Source: Bacteroidota bacterium (GTDB taxonomy: Bacteria > Bacteroidota > Rhodothermia > Rhodothermales > JAHQVL01). From it: a DNA stretch of 64,000 nucleotides. A model generated the notes under the pieces. That model saw nothing but the letters and a program-made list of their open reading frames with translations. It was not told where the DNA came from and made no database searches. Of the stretch, positions 1 through 8,768 are shown piece after piece. The DNA lies in the NCBI GenBank assembly GCA_039111535.1, contig JBCCIM010000007.1:7165-71164 (forward strand), read 5' to 3'. Position numbers and translations under genes: made by a program. How positions within the stretch are numbered: position 1 is the stretch's first letter; each line of letters starts with the position of its first letter.

Positions 1-1062
1 CTTGATCTTAGCACAGATACAGTGGGCCACAATCTGGCCGTACCCTGGTTCATTTGCCCCGTTGGCAGCCTTCGTGCGCTCTACCCTATGGCAGATGCTG
101 TAGCCTCGCGTGTAGCCGGATCGTTCGGCACCGTAATGGCACAGTCCACACTTTCTGGTACCCCGTTGGAGGATGTAGCAGCAGCATCAACAGGCAACTG
201 CTGGTTTCAACTCTACCTCTGTGGCGGTCGGGAAACGGCGTTGCGCGGCATTGAACGGGCTAAAAACGCCGGCTTTTCAGCCCTTATCCTAACCATCGAC
301 ACCGGCGTTTCCGGTATGCGCGCGATGCATGCCCGTATGAAACCCATGGAAGCTACAGCGCCATTCAAAGGGCGTTCCCTCGGGGGCCGGCTCTCGCTGG
401 CCTGGAAAAAACTCAAACTGACTCCCCAAATGATCACCCGGCTGCCCTGGCTCTTCGATCATTTTCGCGATGGCGGACTGATGCAATTTGTCAACATCAT
501 CGATGAAAACGGCAACCCGATGCCGTATGCCGATATCGGAACGCAGCTTGCAGCATCAGCGGTCACCTGGGATGACTTGAAATGGATCAAAGAAGCCTGG
601 GGAGATGACAGGCCACTGATCATCAAAGGCGTCCACTGCGCCTACGATGCGCGCAGGGCAGAAGAAATGGGCGCTACGGGTGTCATCTGGTCGAATCACG
701 GCGGCCGGCAACAAGACCGTGTCCCCCCCACCTTGCACATCGTCGCACAGGAGATGCCGCTGGTTGGCGAAACGCAACTCGACTTTATGATGGACGGCGG
801 CATCCGCAACGGCACCGACATCTTGATTGCACTCACGTATGGCTTAAAGGCCGTCGGTATTGGTCGCGTAACGGCAGCCGGCATCGGCGCTGGTGGCGAA
901 GCCGGCCTTACCCGCGCATTCGAAATACTTAAATCCGATCTCGACCGAGCCATGCGGTTGGTTGGCGTCCAAAGCATCGCCGAAATTCACGAACGCGGCG
1001 CCTCGCTACGCCGAGATAATCGGCTTTGGGGCGACGGGCATCTGCCAGCGTTTGTTTTTTAG
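1..1062 (+). CDS. FMN-dependent alpha-hydroxy acid dehydrogenase/oxidase (L-lactate dehydrogenase / glycolate oxidase family), 5' end outside window
   Basis: Frame 1 is open from base 1 (no stop before the GTG at 22), so the gene starts left of the window. Motifs SNHGGRQQD and MMDGGIRNGTD fit FMN-dependent dehydrogenases. Confidence 0.85.
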   Translation, partial: LDLSTDTVGHNLAVPWFICPVGSLRALYPMADAVASRVAGSFGTVMAQSTLSGTPLEDVAAASTGNCWFQLYLCGGRETALRGIERAKNAGFSALILTIDTGVSGMRAMHARMKPMEATAPFKGRSLGGRLSLAWKKLKLTPQMITRLPWLFDHFRDGGLMQFVNIIDENGNPMPYADIGTQLAASAVTWDDLKWIKEAWGDDRPLIIKGVHCAYDARRAEEMGATGVIWSNHGGRQQDRVPPTLHIVAQEMPLVGETQLDFMMDGGIRNGTDILIALTYGLKAVGIGRVTAAGIGAGGEAGLTRAFEILKSDLDRAMRLVGVQSIAEIHERGASLRRDNRLWGDGHLPAFVF

Positions 1063-1071
1063 TGTCGATTT

Positions 1072-1262
1072 TCGATTGCCGAATGTCGATTGATTGAGGC
1101 ATAGTGCCATCCGGACAGAAATCCTTCCAGTGCCTCAGAAAAATATGGATGAGACAGATCAGCAATCCCGTACTCAGCAATCAGCCAACCAAACAGCCTT
1201 TACATGACTCAAGATGCCGTTTATGAAGGATGCTGCAAATCCTGCCTCCATTCGGCAATCGA
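1072..1262. repeat. 14-bp inverted repeat pair TCGATTGCCGAATG (1072-1085) / CATTCGGCAATCGA (1249-1262); a third direct copy TCGATTGCCGAGT lies at 2253-2265
   Basis: Read directly from the sequence. The copies sit in both non-coding flanks of the 1343-2236 gene. Confidence 0.45.
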
Positions 1263-1342
1263 CATCCGAAATCTCTTTTGTGGATTAAAAGACTCAGGTT
1301 GCATATTTTGCTGTACTATTCCTCTAACCAACATACAGCATT

Positions 1343-2236
1343 ATGAAGTCCCTTTACCTGCCCTTATTCCTTGTATTCACCCTTGCTGCCTGTACCGCTG
1401 AGACGGAATCCACAAATGCGGAAGCTGAGGCCGAAGTGGTACAAGGGGACTTCACGGTCCCGATGGGCGTCCAGTTGTGGAGCTTCCGCAAAATGGCTGA
1501 AGAAGAAGGCGCCGTTGCTATGCTCGACATGGTCAAAAACGTAGGGTTTACGCACGTTGAAACCGCCGGGCTTTATGGTATGACGGCTGCTGAACTCTCC
1601 ACCACCCTCGACGCCGCCGGCCTCGAAGCTACCTCTATGCATGCGAACTACGACGCATTCAAAAATAACATCGACCAGGTTATTGCCGACGCCAAAGCCG
1701 TTGGCGCTGAATACGCAGGTATCGCCTGGTACCCACACGAAGAAGGCAACTTCGACGAAGCCACGGCACGGCAAGCGATCGCCGACTTCAACGAATTTGG
1801 ACAGGCCATGAAAGATGCCGGCCTCAAATTCTTCTACCACAACCACGGGTATGAACCCTCCCCTTATGGCGACGGCACACTGCTCGACCTCATCATCGAC
1901 GAAACCGATCCTGAGCTCGTTTACTTCGAAATGGACGTACTCTGGACCTGGTTGCCCAACGTTGATCCTGTTGCACTCATTGATCGCCACCCCGGGCGCT
2001 TCAAGCTCATGCACATCAAGGATATGAAGCCTGGTATCGAGCGCGGAACCCTTGCAGGTCGCATTCCTGATGAAGACAAAGCCGTAATTGGCGAGGGACA
2101 AATAGACTGGCCGGCTGTCTTGAAAACTGCCACTGAAGACGGGTTTGAGCACTTCTACTTAGAAGACGAAACCACCGAACCGGTTGACAACGCCCCAGTC
2201 AGCTATGCCTACTTAAAAGCGCTGAAGTACGAGTGA
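1343..2236 (+). CDS. Sugar phosphate isomerase/epimerase (xylose-isomerase-like TIM barrel), lipoprotein signal
   Basis: 297-aa ORF with an N-terminal LVFTLAAC lipobox-like signal. HNHGYE and MHIKD motifs are typical of AP-endonuclease-2/xylose-isomerase-like TIM barrels. Confidence 0.7.
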   Translation: MKSLYLPLFLVFTLAACTAETESTNAEAEAEVVQGDFTVPMGVQLWSFRKMAEEEGAVAMLDMVKNVGFTHVETAGLYGMTAAELSTTLDAAGLEATSMHANYDAFKNNIDQVIADAKAVGAEYAGIAWYPHEEGNFDEATARQAIADFNEFGQAMKDAGLKFFYHNHGYEPSPYGDGTLLDLIIDETDPELVYFEMDVLWTWLPNVDPVALIDRHPGRFKLMHIKDMKPGIERGTLAGRIPDEDKAVIGEGQIDWPAVLKTATEDGFEHFYLEDETTEPVDNAPVSYAYLKALKYE

Positions 2237-2288
2237 TTTTGCGTGCCGAGTATCGATTGCCGAGTAAATGGCACCCTGTACCCCAATC

Positions 2289-2313
2289 GTCATCCTGAGC
2301 CCTGCAAAGGATC
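2289..2313 (+). repeat. Short hairpin-type dispersed repeat GTCATCCTGA-N8-AAGGATC (copy 1)
   Basis: gtcatcctgagccctgcaaaggatc. A second copy in inverted orientation lies at 5098-5119. Both are intergenic. Confidence 0.5.
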
Positions 2314-2420
2314 TTGGAATGGCTAACGATTGAGGCGAATGCAAGGAACACCCTGCTTCATAACCGCCATCTTGGCCCTTGCGAAGGATTTCTAAAGAAC
2401 CGGCACCATAATATCCTAAC

Positions 2421-2462
2421 AAGCCGCTGCATCACATCCGATGCAGCGGCTTGTTTGTTTTC
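2421..2462 (+). terminator. Rho-independent terminator-like hairpin
   Basis: Perfect 13-bp stem AAGCCGCTGCATC / GATGCAGCGGCTT, 6-nt loop, then GTTTGTTTT. It lies about 185 nt after the stop of the isomerase gene. Confidence 0.6.
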
Positions 2463-2587
2463 ACCCCTGTCGCCGTAGCTTTGAATTGATGCTACGACCA
2501 ATATCAGAACGCAACGTCTATTAGCCCTATCTCCCCCCATTACTTGCTTCAGAATCCAGTACAACATTTCCAGTTCGCAAAACACAT

Positions 2588-3217
2588 TTGGTCGTGCAAA
2601 AGAGAAAAAAACATAGTTGGTTGGGCTGGATTTATCTGTGCTTTGTAGTTTTTTGCTGTACAATTGCACTGCTTGAGCGGGTTTATCTACAAACACTAGA
2701 CCTTGCGCCCAAGGTTGCATTGCCTTTGCAACTCATATTCGGTTTTAATGCCATATCGTATGTTTTCCTCATTTTCATAGGGGCACTCTGGTTTAACGAT
2801 TCACTCCAGCGTTTAGGCATTTCGTACAATCAGATGGTTTCCTCACTCGTAATTGGTACCGTGACGTTCCTACTGGTACAACTGCATATACCAGAGCGAC
2901 TGATGTTACTACCCTCCAAGAGTAATTTTTACAGCGTACTGAATCTACTGCCGGCATCACATGAATATCCGACAACATTAAATCGGCGTATTGGTTGGTT
3001 CAAAGTTGAAAGTTATGCCACAGACCCACGGGGCAGCACTTACTTTATGATCTACCAAACAAACGATTTTATAGACACTATCTCGCACGGACTGTGCTAT
3101 GATCCGACTGGCGACTGCGCTTTTCCAAGTGACTTTATTGAATATGGCATTGCCCACTACAAGGCAATGAGCCTAGGCGATGGGTGGTACTGGTTTAGCA
3201 CATCAAATGACTGGTAA
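2588..3217 (+). CDS. Hypothetical membrane protein, AT-rich gene with TTG start
   Basis: 209-aa ORF with 3-4 hydrophobic helices in the N-terminal half. I recognised no family. Local G+C is visibly lower than in the rest of the window. Confidence 0.45.
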   Translation: MVVQKRKKHSWLGWIYLCFVVFCCTIALLERVYLQTLDLAPKVALPLQLIFGFNAISYVFLIFIGALWFNDSLQRLGISYNQMVSSLVIGTVTFLLVQLHIPERLMLLPSKSNFYSVLNLLPASHEYPTTLNRRIGWFKVESYATDPRGSTYFMIYQTNDFIDTISHGLCYDPTGDCAFPSDFIEYGIAHYKAMSLGDGWYWFSTSNDW

Positions 3218-3220
3218 AAC

Positions 3221-3934
3221 ATGCATCTTATCCCAAATGAGAACCCGACAATAGCTCATTCTGTATTGCAGAGGGCAACTCATTTCCAAAGCCACCTGTC
3301 TAATATGCCGATCTTATCGTCCAGGCACTTTTGGAAAGCCATACTTACGATCCTTTTATGCTGGTGCCTCATGCCCTCAGTACAAACCCGTGCCCAGCAG
3401 CGAACCCATGCGGTTTCTTCCTATACGATTGCGCCATTGTCGTCCTTAAAGCCTAACCCACGTAATCCCAAACTCGCGCTTGGCATTTCCCTCTTCAACT
3501 CAGTGACGCCATTCCTGGTGAACAACCTTATATTGCGCGACCGCCGAAAACACGAGTCGACGCGCTTACTACTTTCCGCTTATGGCTTATTGCTGGGGCC
3601 GAGTACGGGATACATATACGGCCGGCACTATGGGCGCGCCGTTGGCGGATTTATGGTCCGCACCCTGGGCATAGGCGTCTCGTTTCTTGCCATCGGGATT
3701 GTCGTCAATGACACATTTTTCAGGGGCGGTGAGGGCAACAACGTGCTCCCCGCAATCCTGTTTTATGGCGGCCTGGGCTTTTCGGTTTACAGCGGGATTT
3801 CAGATTTTTTCAGGATCCAGCGTGTCATCGCTGCGAGAAACGAACTATTGGCAAGCAAACATCGGGTTAGCATGGCACCCGTCTACGCCGGCAAACAGTA
3901 CGGCTATGGGTTTGCATTGCGGGTTCAGTATTAA
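3221..3934 (+). CDS. Hypothetical secreted/membrane protein, tandem paralog A
   Basis: 237-aa ORF, alignable by eye with 4101-4718 (LLLGPSTGYIYGRHYGRAVGGFMVRTLGIGV vs LIIGPSTGYFYGRDTGRAFAGIMARTIGFGT; MAPVYAGKQYGYGFALRV vs MTPIYAGKKGGYGVALRL). Confidence 0.55.
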   Translation: MHLIPNENPTIAHSVLQRATHFQSHLSNMPILSSRHFWKAILTILLCWCLMPSVQTRAQQRTHAVSSYTIAPLSSLKPNPRNPKLALGISLFNSVTPFLVNNLILRDRRKHESTRLLLSAYGLLLGPSTGYIYGRHYGRAVGGFMVRTLGIGVSFLAIGIVVNDTFFRGGEGNNVLPAILFYGGLGFSVYSGISDFFRIQRVIAARNELLASKHRVSMAPVYAGKQYGYGFALRVQY

Positions 3935-4100
3935 CCATTTAGCAACTCTCTCGGCTATCTCTTCTTCGATCTGTTGCGGAATGCAAGGGATCTCTACGCG
4001 CCCTCGATGTCATATTTTGGGTCACCCTTTCACCAAAACAGGACCATAACACAGAACTGCACGTAAATTTTATAACGCATCCCCATGAACCACAACGGTT

Positions 4101-4718
4101 TTGGCTATGAAATCGCGTATTTCGGATCACTTCTGCGCTGCATCTATCTATTTCGTTTTGTTTTCCACCTTGCTGCTACCTACAGCGCAGGTAAGTGCCC
4201 AATCAACGGATGCCCCAGCTTCACCTGTCCAGCTTGATATCGACAATCCTCGCAGTCCGGATTGGGCAGTTTTTCATTCTGCTACGCATACCCTTCTGCC
4301 ACTTGTTATCGGTTATACGGCTTTCAGCGAAAACAGCCAGGAGAACACCCGACTGGCAATTTATGCGTATAGCCTGATTATTGGCCCAAGTACGGGTTAT
4401 TTCTATGGCCGGGACACGGGGCGTGCATTTGCCGGCATCATGGCGCGCACAATTGGTTTTGGGACGATTGCTGTCGGAAGCGCCGTGTTTATTGACAATT
4501 TATACGAAGGAAATAGAGCAAAAGGACTCCTAGCAATCGGCTTATGGCTGGGCGGCGGCGGTCTGGCACTCTATAGTATCATTTCTGATATGAACGGACT
4601 CAAACGTGTTGTCCGTGAGCGCAACGCATTCTACGCCAACCGCGGCAACCTTAGTATGACACCGATATACGCCGGCAAAAAAGGCGGATACGGCGTGGCT
4701 TTGCGGCTCACCCTTTAG
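4101..4718 (+). CDS. Hypothetical secreted/membrane protein, tandem paralog B
   Basis: 205-aa ORF with signal peptide (LLLPTAQVSAQS). Paralogous to 3221-3934. Confidence 0.55.
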   Translation: MAMKSRISDHFCAASIYFVLFSTLLLPTAQVSAQSTDAPASPVQLDIDNPRSPDWAVFHSATHTLLPLVIGYTAFSENSQENTRLAIYAYSLIIGPSTGYFYGRDTGRAFAGIMARTIGFGTIAVGSAVFIDNLYEGNRAKGLLAIGLWLGGGGLALYSIISDMNGLKRVVRERNAFYANRGNLSMTPIYAGKKGGYGVALRLTL

Positions 4719-4726
4719 CGGCATAC

Positions 4727-5020
4727 ATGCTTCACGTACTCGTTCGACTGACAGTTAAAGACTTCGCCGCCCTTGCACAATTTGAGCAACGGGCCGCGCA
4801 GCTTATGACCAACTACGGTGGACAAATCGTTGCCGCATTTGAAACGGCCCATAATGATGATGGCACGGGTGAGGAAGTACACCTCCTTACCTTTCCCGAT
4901 GAAGCTGCATTTAATGCTTATCGGCAGGAGCCGGCGCTTGGTACGCTTGCTGCCTTGCGTGAGCAGGCCATCGCGCATACTGAGGTTAGCGTGTCGGTTG
5001 GTGTGAAACAGTATGGGTAG
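4727..5020 (+). CDS. Small alpha/beta-barrel protein, DUF1330-like
   Basis: 97-aa ORF starting 9 nt after the previous stop. Size and pattern (VRLTVKD...GGQIVAAFE...LLTFPDEAAFNAY) resemble DUF1330/Dabb-fold proteins. The assignment is weak. Confidence 0.45.
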   Translation: MLHVLVRLTVKDFAALAQFEQRAAQLMTNYGGQIVAAFETAHNDDGTGEEVHLLTFPDEAAFNAYRQEPALGTLAALREQAIAHTEVSVSVGVKQYG

Positions 5021-5097
5021 CGGGTGTGCTGGCCGTCAGGGAGATAGGGGTTGAGCAGTGCGTTCCTGGTGCTTGCCTTGCTGTAGTGTCATACACA

Positions 5098-5119
5098 GAT
5101 CCTTCGGGATCAGGATGAC
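5098..5119 (-). repeat. Short hairpin-type dispersed repeat GTCATCCTGA-N5-AAGGATC (copy 2, inverted)
   Basis: The plus strand reads gatccttcgggatcaggatgac, which is the reverse complement of the arms seen at 2289-2313. Confidence 0.5.
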
Positions 5120-5228
5120 AAACGTGAAGCAGCGCGCCATTCCCCAATCAACATCCCCCAATCAGCGATCTCCCGCCTTATCCTGCGAACGCTGGCCGCG
5201 ATACTTGCTGTAAAAAGACAAGTCTCCT

Positions 5229-5723
5229 ATGAAGCGTATTTCCTCTTGTACACTCCTGCTCATTGTCCTGCTAACTGTGGGATGTGCGGCGACCTTTGTG
5301 CCGCGCAGCTACGACGTACCCGAACAGCACCAATTACCGGCTTTTGCGTTCACCCGGCTCACACAGGCACACGCTGCCATGGACTATGAGGCTGTTATGG
5401 AGAGCCGGCACGAATTACGTTTGCTCTTTGGCGGGGACTGGCCAGCGGATTCGTTTTCGTTGGAAGAGAATATGGCTGATCTTGCACTACACGAATCGCT
5501 CTTCAGCGAACGGACGTCATTCACCTACACCATTGTCAACAGCAACGGCAGCCGGGTACTCGGCTGCATGTACATCAACCCTACTGATAGCGCTGGGTAT
5601 GAAGCGCAGGTTCATCTTTGGGTGCGTACAAGCGAAGCACATCAGGCTGCAGCGATTCGAAACAGCGCGGTAGCCTGGCTGGATGACAATTGGCCTTTTG
5701 ACCGCGTTTTGTACCATTGGTAA
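5229..5723 (+). CDS. Hypothetical lipoprotein (possibly GNAT-like fold)
   Basis: 164-aa ORF with lipobox LLTVGCAA. The function call is not supported beyond a vague resemblance. Confidence 0.5.
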   Translation: MKRISSCTLLLIVLLTVGCAATFVPRSYDVPEQHQLPAFAFTRLTQAHAAMDYEAVMESRHELRLLFGGDWPADSFSLEENMADLALHESLFSERTSFTYTIVNSNGSRVLGCMYINPTDSAGYEAQVHLWVRTSEAHQAAAIRNSAVAWLDDNWPFDRVLYHW

Positions 5724-5786
5724 TCCGATCACTTCGTAGTATGTTTACTCCCGAGCAACGCAAAACGGACCATTGAGCCTGCCGGC

Positions 5787-6140
5787 ATGCCAGACTTCTA
5801 CTGCGACCAGGTACTTAGCGGCAAATTACAGGTGGACGTAATTTTTGAGTCAGACCTCGTGCTGGCTTTCCACCACACCCGGCCCTTCTTCGAGCACCAT
5901 GTCGTAATCATCCCCAAGGCACACATTAATTCACTAAGCGAGCCAGATGCTGTCGATGCAACGCTGGCGTATGCCTTTCTATCTGCCATACAACACGTAA
6001 CAGCACAGCTTGAAGCAACAACTGGGGGCTGCCGGGTCAGCAGCAATGTGGGCGATTATCAATCCACAAAACACCTGCACTGGTACGTCCACGCCGGCAA
6101 ACGCTTGCGGCACGAAGATGGTACAGTCATCGACCACTAA
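5787..6140 (+). CDS. HIT (histidine triad) family protein
   Basis: 117 aa. HHVVIIPKAHI and C-terminal KHLHWYVHAG are HIT-like. The third His position of HxHxHxx is Tyr. Confidence 0.7.
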   Translation: MPDFYCDQVLSGKLQVDVIFESDLVLAFHHTRPFFEHHVVIIPKAHINSLSEPDAVDATLAYAFLSAIQHVTAQLEATTGGCRVSSNVGDYQSTKHLHWYVHAGKRLRHEDGTVIDH

Positions 6141-6151
6141 ACGGCAACCCC

Positions 6152-6784
6152 ATGCAAGCCTACTACGAGAAACGGCAACCTGAATACGAAGCCATCTACC
6201 AAAAACCTGAGCGGCAGGAGGATTTGTTGTGGCTCTGCGATGCGCTTTCCCCCCACGTCAGAAGGCGGCGCGTTCTTGAACTCGCCTGTGGAACGGGCTA
6301 TTGGACCCGGCGGATGAAGCATGACGCCACCAGCATTCACGCGACGGATATTTCAGCCCAACTCGCTGAAGCCGCTGTGATGAGTTGCGACCATGCAAGC
6401 GTTACCGGCGACACACTCGATGCGTTTAATCTACCCGACAACCTTGATTTTGATTGTGTTGTAGCCGGCTTTCTGTATTCACATATCCTCATTGAGCAAC
6501 GTGCTTCTTTTCTTAAAGGGCTAACCGCCTCTCTACCCATCGATACAACCCTGCTTCTGTACGACAACAAGTACGTGCCGGGCAGCAGTACACCGATTTC
6601 CCGAACAACGCCAACCGGCGATACCTATCAGCGCCGCAAGTTGAAAGATGGCAGCCAGCATGAAGTCCTCAAAAACTTCCCAACAAAAAAAGAGCTGCAG
6701 ACAACGCTGCAGCCCTTTTGTAATGATGTTGTTGTGCTGGAAAGCACGTATTTCTGGTTTGCAACCGGCAAGCTACGCGGCTAA
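6152..6784 (+). CDS. Class I SAM-dependent methyltransferase
   Basis: SAM-binding motif I VLELACGTGYWT, followed by an acidic loop (IHATDIS). Confidence 0.75.
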   Translation: MQAYYEKRQPEYEAIYQKPERQEDLLWLCDALSPHVRRRRVLELACGTGYWTRRMKHDATSIHATDISAQLAEAAVMSCDHASVTGDTLDAFNLPDNLDFDCVVAGFLYSHILIEQRASFLKGLTASLPIDTTLLLYDNKYVPGSSTPISRTTPTGDTYQRRKLKDGSQHEVLKNFPTKKELQTTLQPFCNDVVVLESTYFWFATGKLRG

Positions 6785-7878
6785 CCCACCACCTCTGCCC
6801 CAGAGAACTCATGGACGGCATCGATAAACGCGCCGGCGTGTTCTGGATCGTGGCTCGGCAACATGCCATGGCCAAGGTTAGCAATGTGCGGACCGTCTCC
6901 AAACGCTTCGATCATTTTCCTGACCTCATCCCGAATACGGTCTTTCGGCGCAAACAGCAGGCAAGGATCCAGATTACCCTGCAGCGTTTTGTTGCCTACG
7001 CGACGGCGTGCTTCGCGCGGATCCATGGTCCAGTCCAGCCCGATTACATCGTAAGATGTAGCGGCGAGGTCTTCCAGCGCATAGTAAGCGCCTTTAGCAA
7101 ACACCGTTTTGGGTACGTCAGGACGCGCAGCCTGCAAGCCGTCTGCTATTTGCTTCAAATATGGCAACGCAAATTCGTCAAAGTCTTCTGGTGAAAGCAG
7201 GCCGGCCCAAGAGTCGAATACCTGGATCAACTGGGCGCCGGCATCCACCTGTGCAATCACATACTCAATCAGCAAATCGGTAATAGACTGCAGCAGCTTG
7301 TGGCTCGCTTCGGGATAGCGGAATAGCCACGTTTTAGACTCTGCAAACGACTTGCTTCCGCCTCCTTCAATCATGTACGCCATCAGGGTCCATGGTGCAC
7401 CACAGAATCCGATGAGCGGAACGCGGCCGTTGAGGGTTTTACGTGTCAGCGTGAGTGCATCAAACACATAACCCAGCGCTTCCTGCACGTCTGGCGTCTC
7501 AAGACGCTCGAGGTCGTCCGGTGTACGCAGCGGTGCAGGGAAAACAGGGCCACGGCCCTTGATCATCAGGCATTCCATCCCCATTGCCTGGGGAATAACC
7601 AGGATGTCGGAAAAGATAATTGCTGCATCAAGCGGAAAACGCTCGATGGGCTGGAGGGTGATTTCGGTAGCCAGTTCAGGCGTACGAACGACAGTAAAGA
7701 ATTCTTCCATGGCGCGTTTTGCGCGGTATTCAGGCAAGTACCGGCCGGCCTGCCGCATAATCCATACGGGCGTATAGTCGGTAGCCTGTCCGCGTGCTGC
7801 GCGCAACAGGGTGTCATTCTGAAGTTCGGGGAAATTATGAGGCATCGTTACGTTACTTATTACTAATGCGTTAAGCAT
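6781..7878 (-). CDS. hemE: Uroporphyrinogen decarboxylase
   Basis: PVWIMRQAGRYLPEYR signature and full-length similarity to HemE. The more likely start is the ATG at 7845 (MPHNFPELQNDTLLRAARGQ). Confidence 0.9.
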   Translation of the reverse strand: MLNALVISNVTMPHNFPELQNDTLLRAARGQATDYTPVWIMRQAGRYLPEYRAKRAMEEFFTVVRTPELATEITLQPIERFPLDAAIIFSDILVIPQAMGMECLMIKGRGPVFPAPLRTPDDLERLETPDVQEALGYVFDALTLTRKTLNGRVPLIGFCGAPWTLMAYMIEGGGSKSFAESKTWLFRYPEASHKLLQSITDLLIEYVIAQVDAGAQLIQVFDSWAGLLSPEDFDEFALPYLKQIADGLQAARPDVPKTVFAKGAYYALEDLAATSYDVIGLDWTMDPREARRRVGNKTLQGNLDPCLLFAPKDRIRDEVRKMIEAFGDGPHIANLGHGMLPSHDPEHAGAFIDAVHEFSGAEVVG

Positions 7879-7901
7879 GTTTATAGAAAGAAGGGATCAA
7901 C

Positions 7902-8627
7902 TTGTTTTACCTTGAGCGGTATAACAGCGCTGATTTACCAGTCCATCACACACATTTTAAACCCTGCATTTTGCAAGAGACTACTGAAACGTCTTCCGAG
8001 ATCCCGTACCGTGCAGAACTCCTTCGAAAATCATTACACCTGCTTGCACTGGTGATTCCAGCGAGCATGTTGTATCTGGGTAAAACAACGTCTTTACTTA
8101 TACTCGTTCCGTTTTGCGGACTGGCGATTTTCACAGAAGCTGCACGCGTCAGATTTCAGACTGTGGCAGACATAGTAGAGATGATTTTCGGGCGCATGAT
8201 GCGTAATCATGAGCGGCCTAAAATTGGAGATGCAGTTGTAATCAATGGCGCCACCTGGGTTTTGTTGACTGCAACACTCCTTGTAGTCATCTTTCCTGTA
8301 GATGTTGCGGCCATCTCAATGATTATGTTTATGATAGGCGATGCAGCGGCAGCGCTTGTCGGCCGGCGCTTTGGTAAAATCCGCTGGCTCAACAGCACAA
8401 AAACGGTTGAGGGATCCCTCAGTTTTTTTATTGTTGCCGCTGGTATTTTGATGCTGTTCGACTTGCTTCCGCTCCCCTACAGCATGGGTATTGCAGCCTT
8501 TGCAACCCTGCTCGAATTGCTCCCGCTGCGCCTCAATGACAACCTTTATGTCCCGCTCCTCACCGCCGGCATGATGTATTGCCTGATGCGCTTCTTGTTG
8601 CTACAGGATGTCACACTATTTTTCTAA
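7902..8627 (+). CDS. Polytopic membrane protein, CTP-dependent polyprenol/phytol kinase or CdsA-superfamily-like
   Basis: 241 aa with 6-7 TM helices. RRFGKIRW...KTVEGSLSFF motif as in dolichol/phytol kinase and CdsA relatives. TTG start. Confidence 0.5.
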   Translation: MFYLERYNSADLPVHHTHFKPCILQETTETSSEIPYRAELLRKSLHLLALVIPASMLYLGKTTSLLILVPFCGLAIFTEAARVRFQTVADIVEMIFGRMMRNHERPKIGDAVVINGATWVLLTATLLVVIFPVDVAAISMIMFMIGDAAAALVGRRFGKIRWLNSTKTVEGSLSFFIVAAGILMLFDLLPLPYSMGIAAFATLLELLPLRLNDNLYVPLLTAGMMYCLMRFLLLQDVTLFF

Positions 8628-8768
8628 CTATCAATTTGTGCCAATTCAGGTGCAACCCTTGTACGGCAAACAAATACAAGTACCCTGTCAAGCTTGCAGG
8701 AGCAAAGCAGATCCACCGCTACCGCAAAAGGAAGTACACCATTAAAGGGAAATTAGCAGTTACGTGAC

